From NCBI RefSeq assembly GCF_009914755.1, contig NC_060934.1: a DNA stretch of 64,000 nt. One strand, given 5' to 3'. The DNA is from the human T2T-CHM13v2.0 reference genome, Homo sapiens. Each line of letters opens with the position of its first letter. The first letter of the stretch is position 1. Made by a program: the position numbers and the translations under genes. Of this stretch, positions 46,167-64,000 are shown piece after piece. The notes below the pieces were generated by a model. The model did no database searches. It worked only from the letters and a program-made list of their open reading frames with translations, and was not told the DNA's origin.

Positions 46167-46405
46167 TCGTGAATGAAAGCAGCCACTGCGGTGACATGGA
46201 AACTGAGAAAAGCTGTCAGTTTGTGATATTTAAGGTGGAAAGCCTGTCAAATGTCAGAAAACCTACAAGTCAAAAGCTAATTAGGCAGCTCTGAAATAAG
46301 TCTAAATTCTTCCATAACTTCAATGTAGTACATCATTCTAGGACTCATTAAATCTAATGTGCGTTCATTCATTCATTCATTCATTCATTAAAAAACTTAT
46401 TTATC

Positions 46406-47296
<891 letters not shown>

Positions 47297-48038
47297 GAAT
47301 ATAAGTATAATCTCAATAAGCACATTATTAAATAAACAATGCATTCTGTTAACCCTAAATATAAATCAGTCTTACTTGTTGTACCAGCTTGAAATACTTG
47401 TTCAAACTACAATTACCTTCTCAGTTTCTGATTTTCATCATGTTTCTCATCCCTGGACCTCCCATCTGAAAACCTGCTTCAGTTACTTCATAGGTTTGTT
47501 CTCCTCTGAGTCCAGTCATAACCAGTTTGTCCTACCATAGACATTACTCCCATCTCTCAATTCCTGTGGAAGCTGGGGTCTTCCCCAAATGCAGAGCACT
47601 TCCTGTAAGATATGGGCTGCCTCATAATTACTTAGGAAACAATAAGCTATATACCTATCTACTCTGCCTCCCATCACTTCACAGATGATCCAAGAAAAGC
47701 AGGTCAGAGGCCATTTTCCTAAAAGATAACTGGTCGACTCAGCACTCTTGGTTAATAATGATCTGCTCTTCTCAATTTGGCTAGTAAGTCAATCAGTACA
47801 ATTTTTTTCAACAGGTACATGGCAGCTGTGGAGAATGAGTTGGAGGTGAGCCTGAGATATTGATTCTCTTTGTGTTCCTTGCAGCTGGAGCAGCCAGAAC
47901 CCCCAGATCACTCACGCCTAGCTAAGAAATTCAGGAAAAAAAAAAAAATTCAGTGCCTGCCCTCCAATACCATAAACTGATTTAACAAACATGTCTGATG
48001 TTTGTTTATGAACACATCTGGTCATCCTGCAGCTAGGA

Positions 48039-48134
48039 GTTTGCCTTTACTGAAGAATCAATACAAAGATTTATCTATAAGAGTGGTTTGCCCTTACTGA
48101 AGAATCAATACAAAGATTTATCTATAAGAGTGGT
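48039..48134. repeat. 47-bp tandem duplication
   Basis: gtttgcc(t/c)ttactgaagaatcaatacaaagatttatctataagagtg occurs twice with one mismatch. Confidence 0.95.
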
Positions 48135-48589
48135 CACGTAGTATTGTTGTTATAGAGAAAAACTAGAAACTAACTCACTATCAAATAATGAAGTGGTTAA
48201 TTACCTCAACCTATCCACACAGTTGCATTGAGTATTCCATGCAGCAATTAACAACATAAGCATTTCGTTATATGTCCTAACACAGAGAAGCTCGAAAACA
48301 CCAAGAATGAACCTGTTTTTTAAAAAGAATCAACACTAAACAATACATACATACAAATTATTTAGCCCACTGGAGGGGTATCCTCCAACTCTCTATACTC
48401 TCCTCTACCACCCCACCCCAACTAGGTCCAAAAGAGCTATGTCTTACAACAGTCCCTTAACTTAGCTTTCCAGGAGGCTCAGTCATCCATTCCTAGAGAA
48501 GCCTCCTTAACTCACTTACCATTCTCTATTTACTGCCTTGAGAATTCTACTTCAATATGTGGAATTGTATTTCCTTAAACCTTAGTCAA

Positions 48590-48697
48590 AAAGGTAATCA
48601 TGTCTTGGTATCATGAAATAATTTTGAACTTGAGGACCCTCTGAAAGGGCCTCAGGGACCCCTGGCATTACCAGACCACACTCTTGAGAATCACTGA
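48590..48697. mobile_element. Charlie1-type terminal fragment
   Basis: ggaccctctgaaagggcctcagggacccc...gaccacactcttgagaatcactg. Confidence 0.65.
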
Positions 48698-48880
48698 TAT
48701 CCATTTATTTTGGAAGTACAGGTAGAAGAGGAGCCTGCCAACTGTAAGCGGCAAATAGAAACTGAGCAGGTTATAGGATTCAAAGTCAAAAGATGTGGAT
48801 TTGAGCCCTAACTCCACTGTACACTTTTCTGGCTATTTGAACTAAGTAAGACAGTAATTTAACCTCTTTCAAGAGTTTCA

Positions 48881-49514
<634 letters not shown>

Positions 49515-50432
49515 TCAATGTCTGCATTTTTCAAACAAGAATCATACTACCGGTCAGTCTCAACTGTCATTAGTTGTGAGAAACAACAATATACAAATAA
49601 AAGCACTTTGCAGACTATAAAAAGTCTAGGTCAGTTTTTGTTTTTGTTTTGTTTTTTGAGATGGAGTCTACAAAATTACATCAGTAGCTAACTTAACAGC
49701 AAAGTTACTTAAACAGCAGTTATCTTTCATTTCCTCATACATAAATCTGTCATGTGACTAGCAAAATTTAGTAATTTATCTTTACCAGTCTGCAGTTTTG
49801 CATATTTTGGATATCTGAAAGAATTAATTAACTAATTCCTCAATTTCAAGGATTTAGCTGATAACAAGAAAAAATAATAATAAATTTCACCTCTACCTAT
49901 ACAGAAGAAAAACCACCTTAAATGTTGGGGAGGAAAGGAATGACTTCTGTGATTAATGACCTATGTGGTATAATACCAAAGGCACTGTGTAGAAATGTCA
50001 TCAATATTAATAGGCTAGTTCTGGCTTCCAGCCAAACTGCTCCCAAAATGGGTGCATATTTACTGTGATAAAGTAGACCTGTCTCTTTACCCACCTGCTT
50101 CTATGTACCTTAGCTATGCCCAGAACACAGTGAAGGCTCAAAAGAACAGGAGACTGGAGAGTCATATGCCAGGCATCAGGCCAGTATTTGAGGGGATTTA
50201 CTACGAAGTTCAAAGATAGGAAGACTGAAAGTCTTCAGGGGCTTTAAGAGAGCAGAACCTGAGTTCTCTTCTCTTCCAAAGCAGCTGAAAATACCTCTCC
50301 CACATTGTACCTGTACAATACAAAAATCTATGATGAGACAATTAATGTCCCGAATTTTTAGTAAATAACAGTTAATGGAGGCACCCAAAGGTAATCCTTT
50401 TAGGCACCTGATACAAAGTCTGCATTGTGTTA

Positions 50433-50840
<408 letters not shown>

Positions 50841-51158
50841 TCAAAAACTAAATTTAAAATTTTGAAATAATAGTCTACAGTTAAGAAATGAAAAAATAAT
50901 AAATTTGGAAAATGCAACTAGTAATGCTCACTGTTAAAATGGCACATAGTTTTAGATAAGTTACTTAAAAATCAAGTGCAACAGATTCCTAATTTTCTGG
51001 CTGACAATTAGACACTAAAGACAGGGGAAAATAAATTTAGTATTATCAATGGAGCGATTATGAGTAATTTTTAAATTCTTTTCCTCTATTTTCTGTATTT
51101 TTCAATAAACATGCATTAATGTTATAATCTAAAGAGTTTTAAAAAACTAAATTGAAGA

Positions 51159-51686
<528 letters not shown>

Positions 51687-51781
51687 ATTATTAAATAGAA
51701 CAGATAAGGAATCCTCAACTTAAATCATTGTTAAAAAAAAATAGGTGGTAGAAAGATTATCTGAAAAGAGTAATTATTGGG

Positions 51782-52140
51782 TGTCTTAGTCTATCCAGGC
51801 TGCTATAACAATATACCTTACACTGGGCATTTTATAAAGAATAGAAACTTACTATGCACAGTTCTCGAGGCTGAGAAGTACAAATTCAAGGCACCAACAG
51901 ATTTGGTGTCTGGTGAGGGTTTGTTACTCATAAATGGTGGCTTCTGTCTCCTCACATGATGGTAGGGGAAGGTAGCTCCCTTCAACCACTTTTATAATGG
52001 CACGTAATCCCATTATTCAGGGCAGAGCATGTATAACATAATCACTTTCCAAAAGGCCTCACCTCTTAGAATACTATGACACTGAGTATTAGGTTCTAAC
52101 ATATAAATTTTGGGGGACTACCAACATTCAGACTACAGCA
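51782..52140 (-). mobile_element. MLT1A-type MaLR solo LTR
   Basis: tgtcttagtc.atccaggctgctataacaa...caacattcagactacagca; TSD ttggg / ctggg. Confidence 0.85.
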
Positions 52141-52736
52141 CTGGGTATTCTTTCAGTGAAGCTCTAGGCTTGATTTTCTATTGACTGGGTTATTTTACAA
52201 CTCTGCAGGTGCAGAGGTTAACTTGTAGATTTCTGTTGGGGGTGGGGAACAAATAATCCCTTACATGGTTTACCACCATATAAGACAATAACCAGTTGTT
52301 TTTATCTAATCTAGCAATCTCATCTCATTCACATGCATATATCTTAATATCTGCACATATTCTTAAATGTTCTTTGTACCAGTTTTAATGCCTTACTGGT
52401 TTTGCACTAACTGAGTCAATATTTGGCATGTGTTTGTCCTCTATTTGCATGAAGGTCACAATTTTATCTTTTTAAAAATTATAGTCAGCAGTTCTGGAGG
52501 TCATCCACTGAGAAGCTCAAGTAGACTAGATGGAGCTAAGTAAATGAGAAACACACCTCACAGTCTGTTAAGCCTAACACAACTTTTCTTGGCTCCCAAA
52601 GAGATGCTCATGCAGCCATAAAGCTCTAACTTTGCTCACTGTTTCTCTATGTATTTTTCTGCTTCTCCACTAAGTTTGTGCCTTTGTGTTTCTGATTCAC
52701 TCGTGACCCATATATTATCCCCAGGGATGGTAGTAA

Positions 52737-53379
52737 TGAGAAAGGAAAAAAAACGGTCAGGCAGACAGTTAGGATGGGTCTTTGGTAAAACTCCTTCAAA
52801 CACAGAAACACCCTAAAAAATCAAGCTGCAGGCACAAATAGAGCAGCCTGGCGAAAACTCGGGCTGCAGCTGCACAGGTAAGAAAGCAAGGCCCAATACA
52901 GAAGCCTTTGTTCTTGGTGTAACCCACGGGCTCCCAGGAAAAAGTTTCCTCCCCTTTTCAGGCATGTACACGGTGGGTTCCACGGGAACTTGCACAGGGA
53001 AGGGTGGACCTTACCCAAAACAAACCCACAGTTGCACAACCAAGAGAAGCTGTACTTTGTGCTTGCCTAAAGACATGCCCGCAGCTGCACAGATAAGGGG
53101 AGTTACACAGACAGCTTCACACGTAAGGGAAGTTACACAAACAGCTACAGAGATGAGGGGGCATTCTTATAAAAGCTTTTGTATTCAACTGTAAAAATGG
53201 CAACCCTCTCCCAGGCCCCCTCTCTGCTGTGGACAGCTTTTTTCTTTCACTTATTAAACTTTTGCTCCAATCTCACTCTGTGTCCACACTCCTTAATTTT
53301 CTTGGTCGTGAGACAAATAATTCCATGTACTACCTCAGATGACAAGACTGAAACATGGTGCACTGGCAAGATTGCAACA
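52737..53379 (+). mobile_element. ERV1 solo LTR, MER61-type
   Basis: TG...CA termini with 4-bp TSD gtaa; gtcaggcagacagttagg...aaaatcaagctgcaggcaca; TATA-like ttataaaag and attaaa signal. Confidence 0.8.
53059..53080. promoter_or_regulatory. Candidate p53 response element
   Basis: GTGCTTGCCT-aa-AGACATGCCC: one 9/10 and one perfect RRRCWWGYYY half-site within the MER61-type LTR. Confidence 0.45.
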
Positions 53380-53824
53380 GTAATAGGTAGATTTCATTTA
53401 TGGTCTCTGTTGGATGGATGACAGAAACCTATTCTCTGTTGGATGACAGATGACAGAGAATCTGGTTTGTTAGTCCTTTTGTTTGTCTAATTGTATATTT
53501 GTGAGTTAATCAATTAAGGAAAACAGCTCCTGTGAGATCTGAAACGATGAGTTTCTGTGTTTACTTGTGATCTATGGCTAAAGTTGTAGAACTGAAGCGA
53601 AAAGCCTTCTACATGTTTCTGCATCTATAATTCGAAAAAGCCGTTATTTCTCATTGTATGTGAAATATTTTCCTACCTCCAGAGGGTATTAATAAATTAC
53701 ATGTTACAGCTCTTAAACAGAAGAGCTCTGTAAAATTGATTTACAGAGATAAGAAAGCAGGTATATAAATTAAAATATTCTCCAAATTCACAGAAACTAA
53801 AGAAACTCTTAACAGAAACTGCTA

Positions 53825-54156
<332 letters not shown>

Positions 54157-54299
54157 GAATCCAAGTATATATAACCAAGGTAAATCTTTGGATAAATAAG
54201 GCTAGTTTAAAATGTTTGGTCTGAGGGGAAAAAAGTTATCGCTTTTCTCAGAATTATTAGTATTAAGTATAATACATGAGTGGATTTTTAAAAATAATA

Positions 54300-54925
54300 C
54301 AGGCATACCTGGCCGGGCGCAGTGGCTTACACCTGTAATCCCAGCACTTTGGGAGGCCAAGGCGAGCAGATCACTTGAGGGCAGGAGTTGGAGACCAGCC
54401 TGGCCAAAAAGAAGAAATCCCGTCTCTACTAAAAATACAAAAATTAGCTGGGTGTGGTGGTGGGCACCTGTAATACCAGCTACTCAGGAGGCTGAGGCAG
54501 GAGAATCGCTTGAACCCAGGAGGAGGAGGCTGCAGTGAGCCGAGATCATGCTACGGCACTCCAGCCTGGGTGAAAGAGCCAGAATCTGTCTCAAAAAGAT
54601 AATAGTAATAATATAGACATCTTGCAGGTACTATGGGTTTTGTTCCAGACCACTGCAATAAAGTGAACATCACAATAAGGCAAATCACATAACTGTTTTG
54701 GTTTTCCTATTGTTTACACTATGCTGTAGTCTATTAAGTGTGCAACAGCACATCCAAATGCAATATATATACGTTGATTTAAAAATATTTCAGTGCCAAA
54801 AAATGGTGCTGGAAAAATGACACCAAAAGACTTGTTCAACATAGGATTGCCACAAACCTTCAATTTGTAAAAAACGGTGTATCTGAGAAGTGCAACGAAG
54901 CGTAACAAAATGAAGGATGTCATAT
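54300..54925 (-). mobile_element. Internally deleted Tigger1 with an AluS (54311-54612, plus) inserted in its terminal repeat
   Basis: caggcatacct|Alu|...gttccagaccactgcaataaagtg...gccacaaaccttcaatttgtaaaaaac. Confidence 0.8.
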
Positions 54926-55169
54926 AGGGGTTGGTTTCTAAAGAGAATAGTTCAACTGAACTTCCAAAACTGCTCATTGGTTTACTAATCAAAAAAGCTA
55001 ACATCATACCTCTGTAATGCTGAAGATTTTGAAAAATCTAAGTTTGTGTTCAACTAAATTGAATTATAATTCTGATAAACATTGTTTAAACTTTTTTATT
55101 TATAGTAAAACATCCATAAAATTTGTTTGAACCACTTTTTTATTTTTATTGTTTACTTCACTTTGGGTT

Positions 55170-55771
55170 TTTTAAAAATTTCAACTTTTATTTTAGATTC
55201 AGAGAGTAAAGATGCAGGTTTGTTACACGGGTATGTTGTATGATACTAAGGTTTGGGATACAAATGGTCCCAACACCCAGGTAGTTAAGCCTAGTACCCA
55301 ACAGTTAGTTTTTCAACCCTTGCCCCACTTCCCTTCTTTTTATCATAGCCTCCACTGTCTACTGTTCCCATCTTTATGTCCATGTGTACCCAAGGTTTAG
55401 CTCTCACTTAAAAGCAAGAACATGTGGTTTTCTGATTCTGTGTTGGTTTGCTTAGGATAATGGTCTCCAGCTGCATCCATGCTGCTGCAAGAGACATCAT
55501 TTTGTTCTTTATTATGGCTGCATAGTATTCCATGGTGTATATGTACTACATTTTCTTTATCCACTCCACCTTTGATGGGCTAGTTCAGCCACTGTGGAAA
55601 GCAGTGTAGAGATTTCTCAAAGAACTAAAAATAGTATTTGACCCAGCAATCCCATTATTGGGCATATACCTAAAGGAAAATAAATCATTCTGTCAAAAAG
55701 ACACAGGCACTCATACATTCATCATAGCTCTATTCACAACGGCAAAGAAACAGAATCAACCTACATACCCA
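55170..55771 (-). mobile_element. L1PA15/16-type 3' end with 5' inversion
   Basis: 55170-55580 is minus-oriented, 55581-55771 is the adjacent L1 segment in plus orientation; TSD ttttaa(a/c)aattt. Confidence 0.85.
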
Positions 55772-56520
55772 TTTTAACAATTTGTAAGTGTACAGTTTAG
55801 CATCATCAAGTACATTCACATTATCATGTAACTACCCACACAATCCATCCATAATTTTTTTGATCATCCAAGACAGAAACTACGTACCCATTAAATAATT
55901 AACTCTCCATTCTCTCCTCTCCGCTGCCCCTGGCAACCATCACTTCACTTTCTAGCTGTAGCCACTTGACTACTGTATGTACCTCATGTAAGTAGATCAT
56001 ATAATATTTGTCCTTTTGTAATTGGCTTATTGCACTTAGCATAATATTGTAAAGGTTCATTCACCATGTGTGATTGAGAATTTCCCTCCTTTTTAAGGCT
56101 GAATAATATTCCTTCATATCTATGTACCATTTTGTTTATCCATTCATCCACCGATGAATACTTGGGTTGCTTCTACCTTTGGCTACTGTGAATGATGCTG
56201 CTCTGAACACTGCTATATTGTTCAAGTCCCTATTTTCTTTTGTGTATATATGCACAAGTGGAATTGCCAGATGACATGGTAATTCTACTTTTAATGTTTT
56301 GAGGAATTGTTATACATTTTTCCACTGCAGCTGTACCATTTCATGTTCCCACCAGCAATGCACAAGAGCTCCAATTTCTCTACAACCATGCCAACAGTTA
56401 CCGTTTTCCATTTTTTTTTTATAATAACCCACCTAATAGGTATGAAGTGATATCTCATTTTGGTTTTGATTTGTATTTCCCCTCGTGATGCTGAACAAAT
56501 GACAAACATTTTTATATGTT
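55772..56520 (-). mobile_element. L1MB-type 3' region
   Basis: gcccctggcaaccatcac, ttttaaggctgaataatattcc, gtatgaagtgatatctcattttggttttgatttg. Confidence 0.85.
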
Positions 56521-56685
56521 TTGGTTTGGGTTGGCTTCACCATAACTTTGAAGATCCTTAGGTAATTTTAAAACGTAAATTAATGTAAAACAACAACTTA
56601 AATCATCTTTGGATACCCGAATAGTTTCTAACTAGGAACAAACACTAAAACAATGACCATAATTAAAAGTTTACCTACTTTTCCT

Positions 56686-56803
56686 TATTATATATATATA
56701 ATATATATATTTTATACATATAATATATATATAATATATATTTTATATATATAATATATATATTTTTATATATTATATTTTTTTAATATATTATATATAT
56801 ACT
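56686..56803. repeat. (TA)n-rich low-complexity tract
   Basis: Nearly pure A/T with TA runs. Confidence 0.9.
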
Positions 56804-56896
56804 ACAGAATGGCTACATCTTTGGGGTCTGTCAACAAACATGCTCATCTTTGCCACTTTAAAATGTATATAAGAAGGTATAAAAGCGATATGTAAG

Positions 56897-57627
<731 letters not shown>

Positions 57628-57657
57628 AAGTTATTATTTTATTAAGAGATGTAATTA

Positions 57658-58062
<405 letters not shown>

Positions 58063-59495
58063 TTAAGGAAAATGTGAGTAGGATTATTCCAAAGTGGCAG
58101 CTTGTTACAGAACATAAAACAGCATAGTGGACACAAAACTTGAGAAAGTATAGTAGGTTGGGGAAGTGAATTTTTATTGGCTTTGGTCATAATATCTAAG
58201 AATGAGAAAACGCTATAATACGTGTTGACATGTTGGCTAAGTTCACTTAGTTTTGAGGGACCTCTTTATCTGGAATACTCTTACTCTGTAAGTGAGAAAA
58301 GGAAGGGTCAGGGTGACTAAGGGGCTTGCTCAAGGCCACAAAGCCAATTTAGGGGAATGCTAAGAAAGACCAAAGCCTGAAATTCCCAACTCTCAGTTTA
58401 GTGTCTGTCTTGCTGGACACTGCTTCTGCAGTCCACCATGCCAATACACAATCACACTGTATCAACGTGCTCTAGTCAACACAAGAGGTAAGAGATTTTA
58501 GCCACTTACTACTTACTAAACCAAAGGATGAACAAAGAAATGTATTTGTCAATGACATAATTCTTTGGAATTTAAATGTTTCCATGAAAGCAAAAAGGTT
58601 TACCCCAACATTCACAACTTAATACTAGAAGCACTGAAATAAAAATTTTAAAGAAACTTTACCAAGCTTATGTAATTGAGAAAGGAAGTACAGTAAATGT
58701 TTTTAATAAGTTGGACAGAAATAAGAAATTTACTTCTGCATTTTTACTGCAGAACAAATAGATAAATATCAGGACGTTGTTATTTAAGTTATTTTCTTTA
58801 CTTTGACATTTCCTTTTATTTTAAATCCTAATTCTCCAACAAAAAGACTTTTAGTGAGGCACTGTCAAAAAGGCTAAGTAACAGAATCCCGAACTTCTCA
58901 ATTCTACAGGTCAGTGTTTATTAAGCACTCTAGTAAACACCTTAGAATCCAGAGTAACTATGCTTATGTGAGCCCTTACTTAACGTCGTCAGTTCAATTT
59001 GAGATTCCTGCTTTTACAATATTTCTTATGAGGGAAAAATACATCCCACAGTGACAACCCAGACTGAGAACTCAATGACTGCCAACATCAAACAAGACTG
59101 ATGTCCCCATGGAAACTAATCCACCCCAGGATTTTCTATTCAAACATTTTCTGAAGCATTCATGCACATCTAATGGGCAATGAAAATTGTCAAGGCAGAT
59201 GACCCTAATTTTCAACACAACTGAAAGGTGCTTGCAGCAACACCACTACTCGCTAAAGGAAGACTGACCCAGCCAAAAGATGTCTTAAATGACTTGGATT
59301 TTAAGATGCCTATACTAATCCAAGCCCCAAGCAGGAAAATCTTCAGCCAGGAAACTCCTGGCATTTTTTATTTAATGTTTAGTTTTTTATTCTAAATGTA
59401 CTTTATTCTCAGAAATCAACTTTGGTATATTTATCATATGGGACTGGTTTCTAGGAAAAGACTTCCAGTTGATATCATGAGATATATGGCTGCAA

Positions 59496-59844
59496 TAAAA
59501 AATGATGAGTTCATGTCCTTTGTAGGGACATGGATGAAATCGGAAATCATCATTCTCAGTAAACTATCGCAAGAACAAAAAACCAAACACCGCATATTCT
59601 CACTCATAGGTGGGAATTGAACAATGAGAACACATGGACACAGGAAGGGGAACATCACACTCTGGGGACTGTTGTGGGGTGGCGGGAGGGGGGAGGGGGG
59701 AGGGATAGCATTGGGAGATATACCTAATGCTAGATGACGAGTTAGTGGGTGCAGCGCACCAGCATGGCACATGTATACATACGTAACTAACCTGCACATT
59801 GTGCACATGTACCCTAAAACTTAAAGTATAATAAAAAAAAAAGA
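59496..59844 (+). mobile_element. Young 5'-truncated L1 (L1PA2/3-type) 3' end, about 350 bp
   Basis: ORF2 C-terminus ...HRIFSLIGGN, 3' UTR with gatgacGAGttagtggg (not the ACA of L1-Ta), poly-A and perfect 17-bp TSD gagatatatggctgcaa. Confidence 0.93.
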
Positions 59845-60456
59845 GAGATATATGGCTGCAACTTACACTGACTCAATTATCAGGTCACATCCAAAAACTA
59901 ACTGAAGTACCGTAAGCCCTCATGACTAGGGTTAACAACAACAATGTACTCCTATTTTCTGCTTTTGCCCAAATGATCAAGCCACAGCCTAGCTTTCTGC
60001 TTCTGATTCAATTCAGTACCAAGAGCAGAGTGCCAATTATTCTCTGAAGATGTCTAGTCCCCCGAGTAGTTACCTCTCTGTTCCCGGGGCCTGGCTCTTT
60101 AAACACAGCTGAGCCTCCCAGGCCTTAGAACAGAGAGCAGGTAAAAGCTTCCCCCAATTCACCAGCTCAGCCCTCTTCCTAGCCTTATCTCCACTGCTCT
60201 CGAATTTGGGCCAGCTTTCTGGATATTTGATTTTCGGTGTTCTCTTCGTTCAGTAAAATTAACTCCCTTCCTCAGCTTAACGACTCAACCTTCCGACCAC
60301 CTCATCCCTTTACTGCTGACTCTGCAAGCTCCGTACAGGACCCAGTTTTGAGTAACAGCCATTCCTTCTGAATTCTAGCCATTGGAGAGACCTTGATATC
60401 TACAGCTACTCCAAGCAATGATACTTCTTACGTTGACAGACTCAAGAGATGGTTAG

Positions 60457-60754
<298 letters not shown>

Positions 60755-60786
60755 TCTTTTCTTCCTAACAGCCAAATGAATACTAC

Positions 60787-61080
60787 TGAGGTAGGAAACC
60801 TGTAGGACTTATTTGCCGGTCCCAACAGAATGAAATGAAAAAACCAGCAGGAACCAGCAGATGGCATCAAAAGTGACCTCTAGTTGCCCTTGCTGTTCAT
60901 TGGCATAAGACACTCCTACCAGTGCCATGACAGTTTACAAAGACCATGGCAACACCCGGAAGTTACTGCCCCCTTTCTAGAGATTTCTGAATAACCCACC
61001 CTTTAATTTGCATGCAATTAAAGGGGGGTATACATATAGCTAGCCAACACCCCATGCACTGCTACTCTTGAGCATACTGT
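60787..61080 (+). mobile_element. Truncated ERV1 LTR (MER66/MER41 group)
   Basis: tgaggtagga start; cataagacactcctaccagtgccatgacagtttacaaa...catggcaac.cccggaagttac. Confidence 0.7.
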
Positions 61081-63185
<2,105 letters not shown>

Positions 63186-63189
63186 ACTA

Positions 63190-63340
63190 GTAGCTGTGAT
63201 ATTGAGCACCTACCTAATCTACCTCTCTGGGTTCAATTTTCTTCATAAGAAAACTGGGAATATCTACCTCATTGACATTCTGTAAGAATTAAAATAAGGG
63301 AAGTGGAAAGCACAGTACCTGTACACCAGAGGTGCTAACT
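63190..63340 (+). mobile_element. MIR
   Basis: agctgtgatattgagca...acctctctgggttcaattttcttcat...tatctacctcat. Confidence 0.65.
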
Positions 63341-64000
63341 TATCAGTAAGTTATTATCCTATTAATACAGAAAATTTTGAAATGAAGGAACAGAAGGACA
63401 CACCTGAAGAGAAACCTAGGTGACCTACATTCACACCTGGTTTAACTTTTGTTATAAATGCCTCTCCTATAGCTCTCTACCTACAAAAGTGACAATGAGA
63501 CTGTGCCCTACTGGACTAGCTGGCAAAGTTTGACTCAGATGAGAAATTCAAGAATCTTTCGGGCTCTGATATATAATCCCTTTTATTTACCCACATTTAA
63601 TTGAAGACATCTGTAAGTGGTGCCACACAAAATGTAATTCAGACTTAGAAATGTCAATAAAAATGTCTGTAAGGCCGGGGTCCGGTGTAAGCCTAGCAGG
63701 GGAGTACATATCAGCAGCTACAGAGCCACCCGAAATTAGGGATCTAATGGAAATACGTTGCCTGACTTGACGAGGTGATAAAAGCTCTTTTCCCATAAAG
63801 CTTAATGAGCTCTATTAGTCTTCAGCTTACAGGAATGTAAAAGGGTCAGCCCCACAGAGGGAAGTAACTGACTCTCCACACATGGTCCATTCAAATGACA
63901 ACATATCAAATTACTGATGTAATTACTATAACCTGACAATTTCATTAGATTCATGTGGCAGTTAACTGTTTAGGACTTACAACAAAGGGACATGGTTCAC

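Noticed and set aside
63587-63796. 69-aa minus-strand ORF MGKELLSPRQ... in apparently unique sequence, ending near a TGG|gtaaat donor-like site
   Set aside because: No recognisable homology, no convincing acceptor, and a length expected by chance

Overview
Human genomic DNA (it carries a human-specific AluYa5 and a young L1PA2-type insertion). The window lies inside the ATE1 (arginyl-tRNA--protein transferase 1) gene on the minus strand. Only two coding exons are recognisable: 39182-39363 (182 nt, [61 protein letters not shown]) and 34818-34917 (100 nt, [33 protein letters not shown]). Both have canonical AG/GT ends and matching phases. The rest is intron filled with about 40 Alu or Alu-monomer copies, old and young L1 fragments, L2/MIR remnants, MaLR and ERV1 solo LTRs, hAT and Tigger DNA-transposon relics, a Y3 RNA retropseudogene and a 40-nt 5S rRNA fragment. 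Most ORFs in the supplied track are Alu, L1 or LTR artefacts. I find no convincing new biological system. The best leads are a possible stop-free 282-nt circRNA from the two exons, a candidate poison microexon at 9744/9766-9784, a p53 element in a MER61-type LTR, young and possibly polymorphic retroelements, and repeated reuse of single insertion sites. Repeat subfamily names come from recalled consensus sequences, not a RepeatMasker run.
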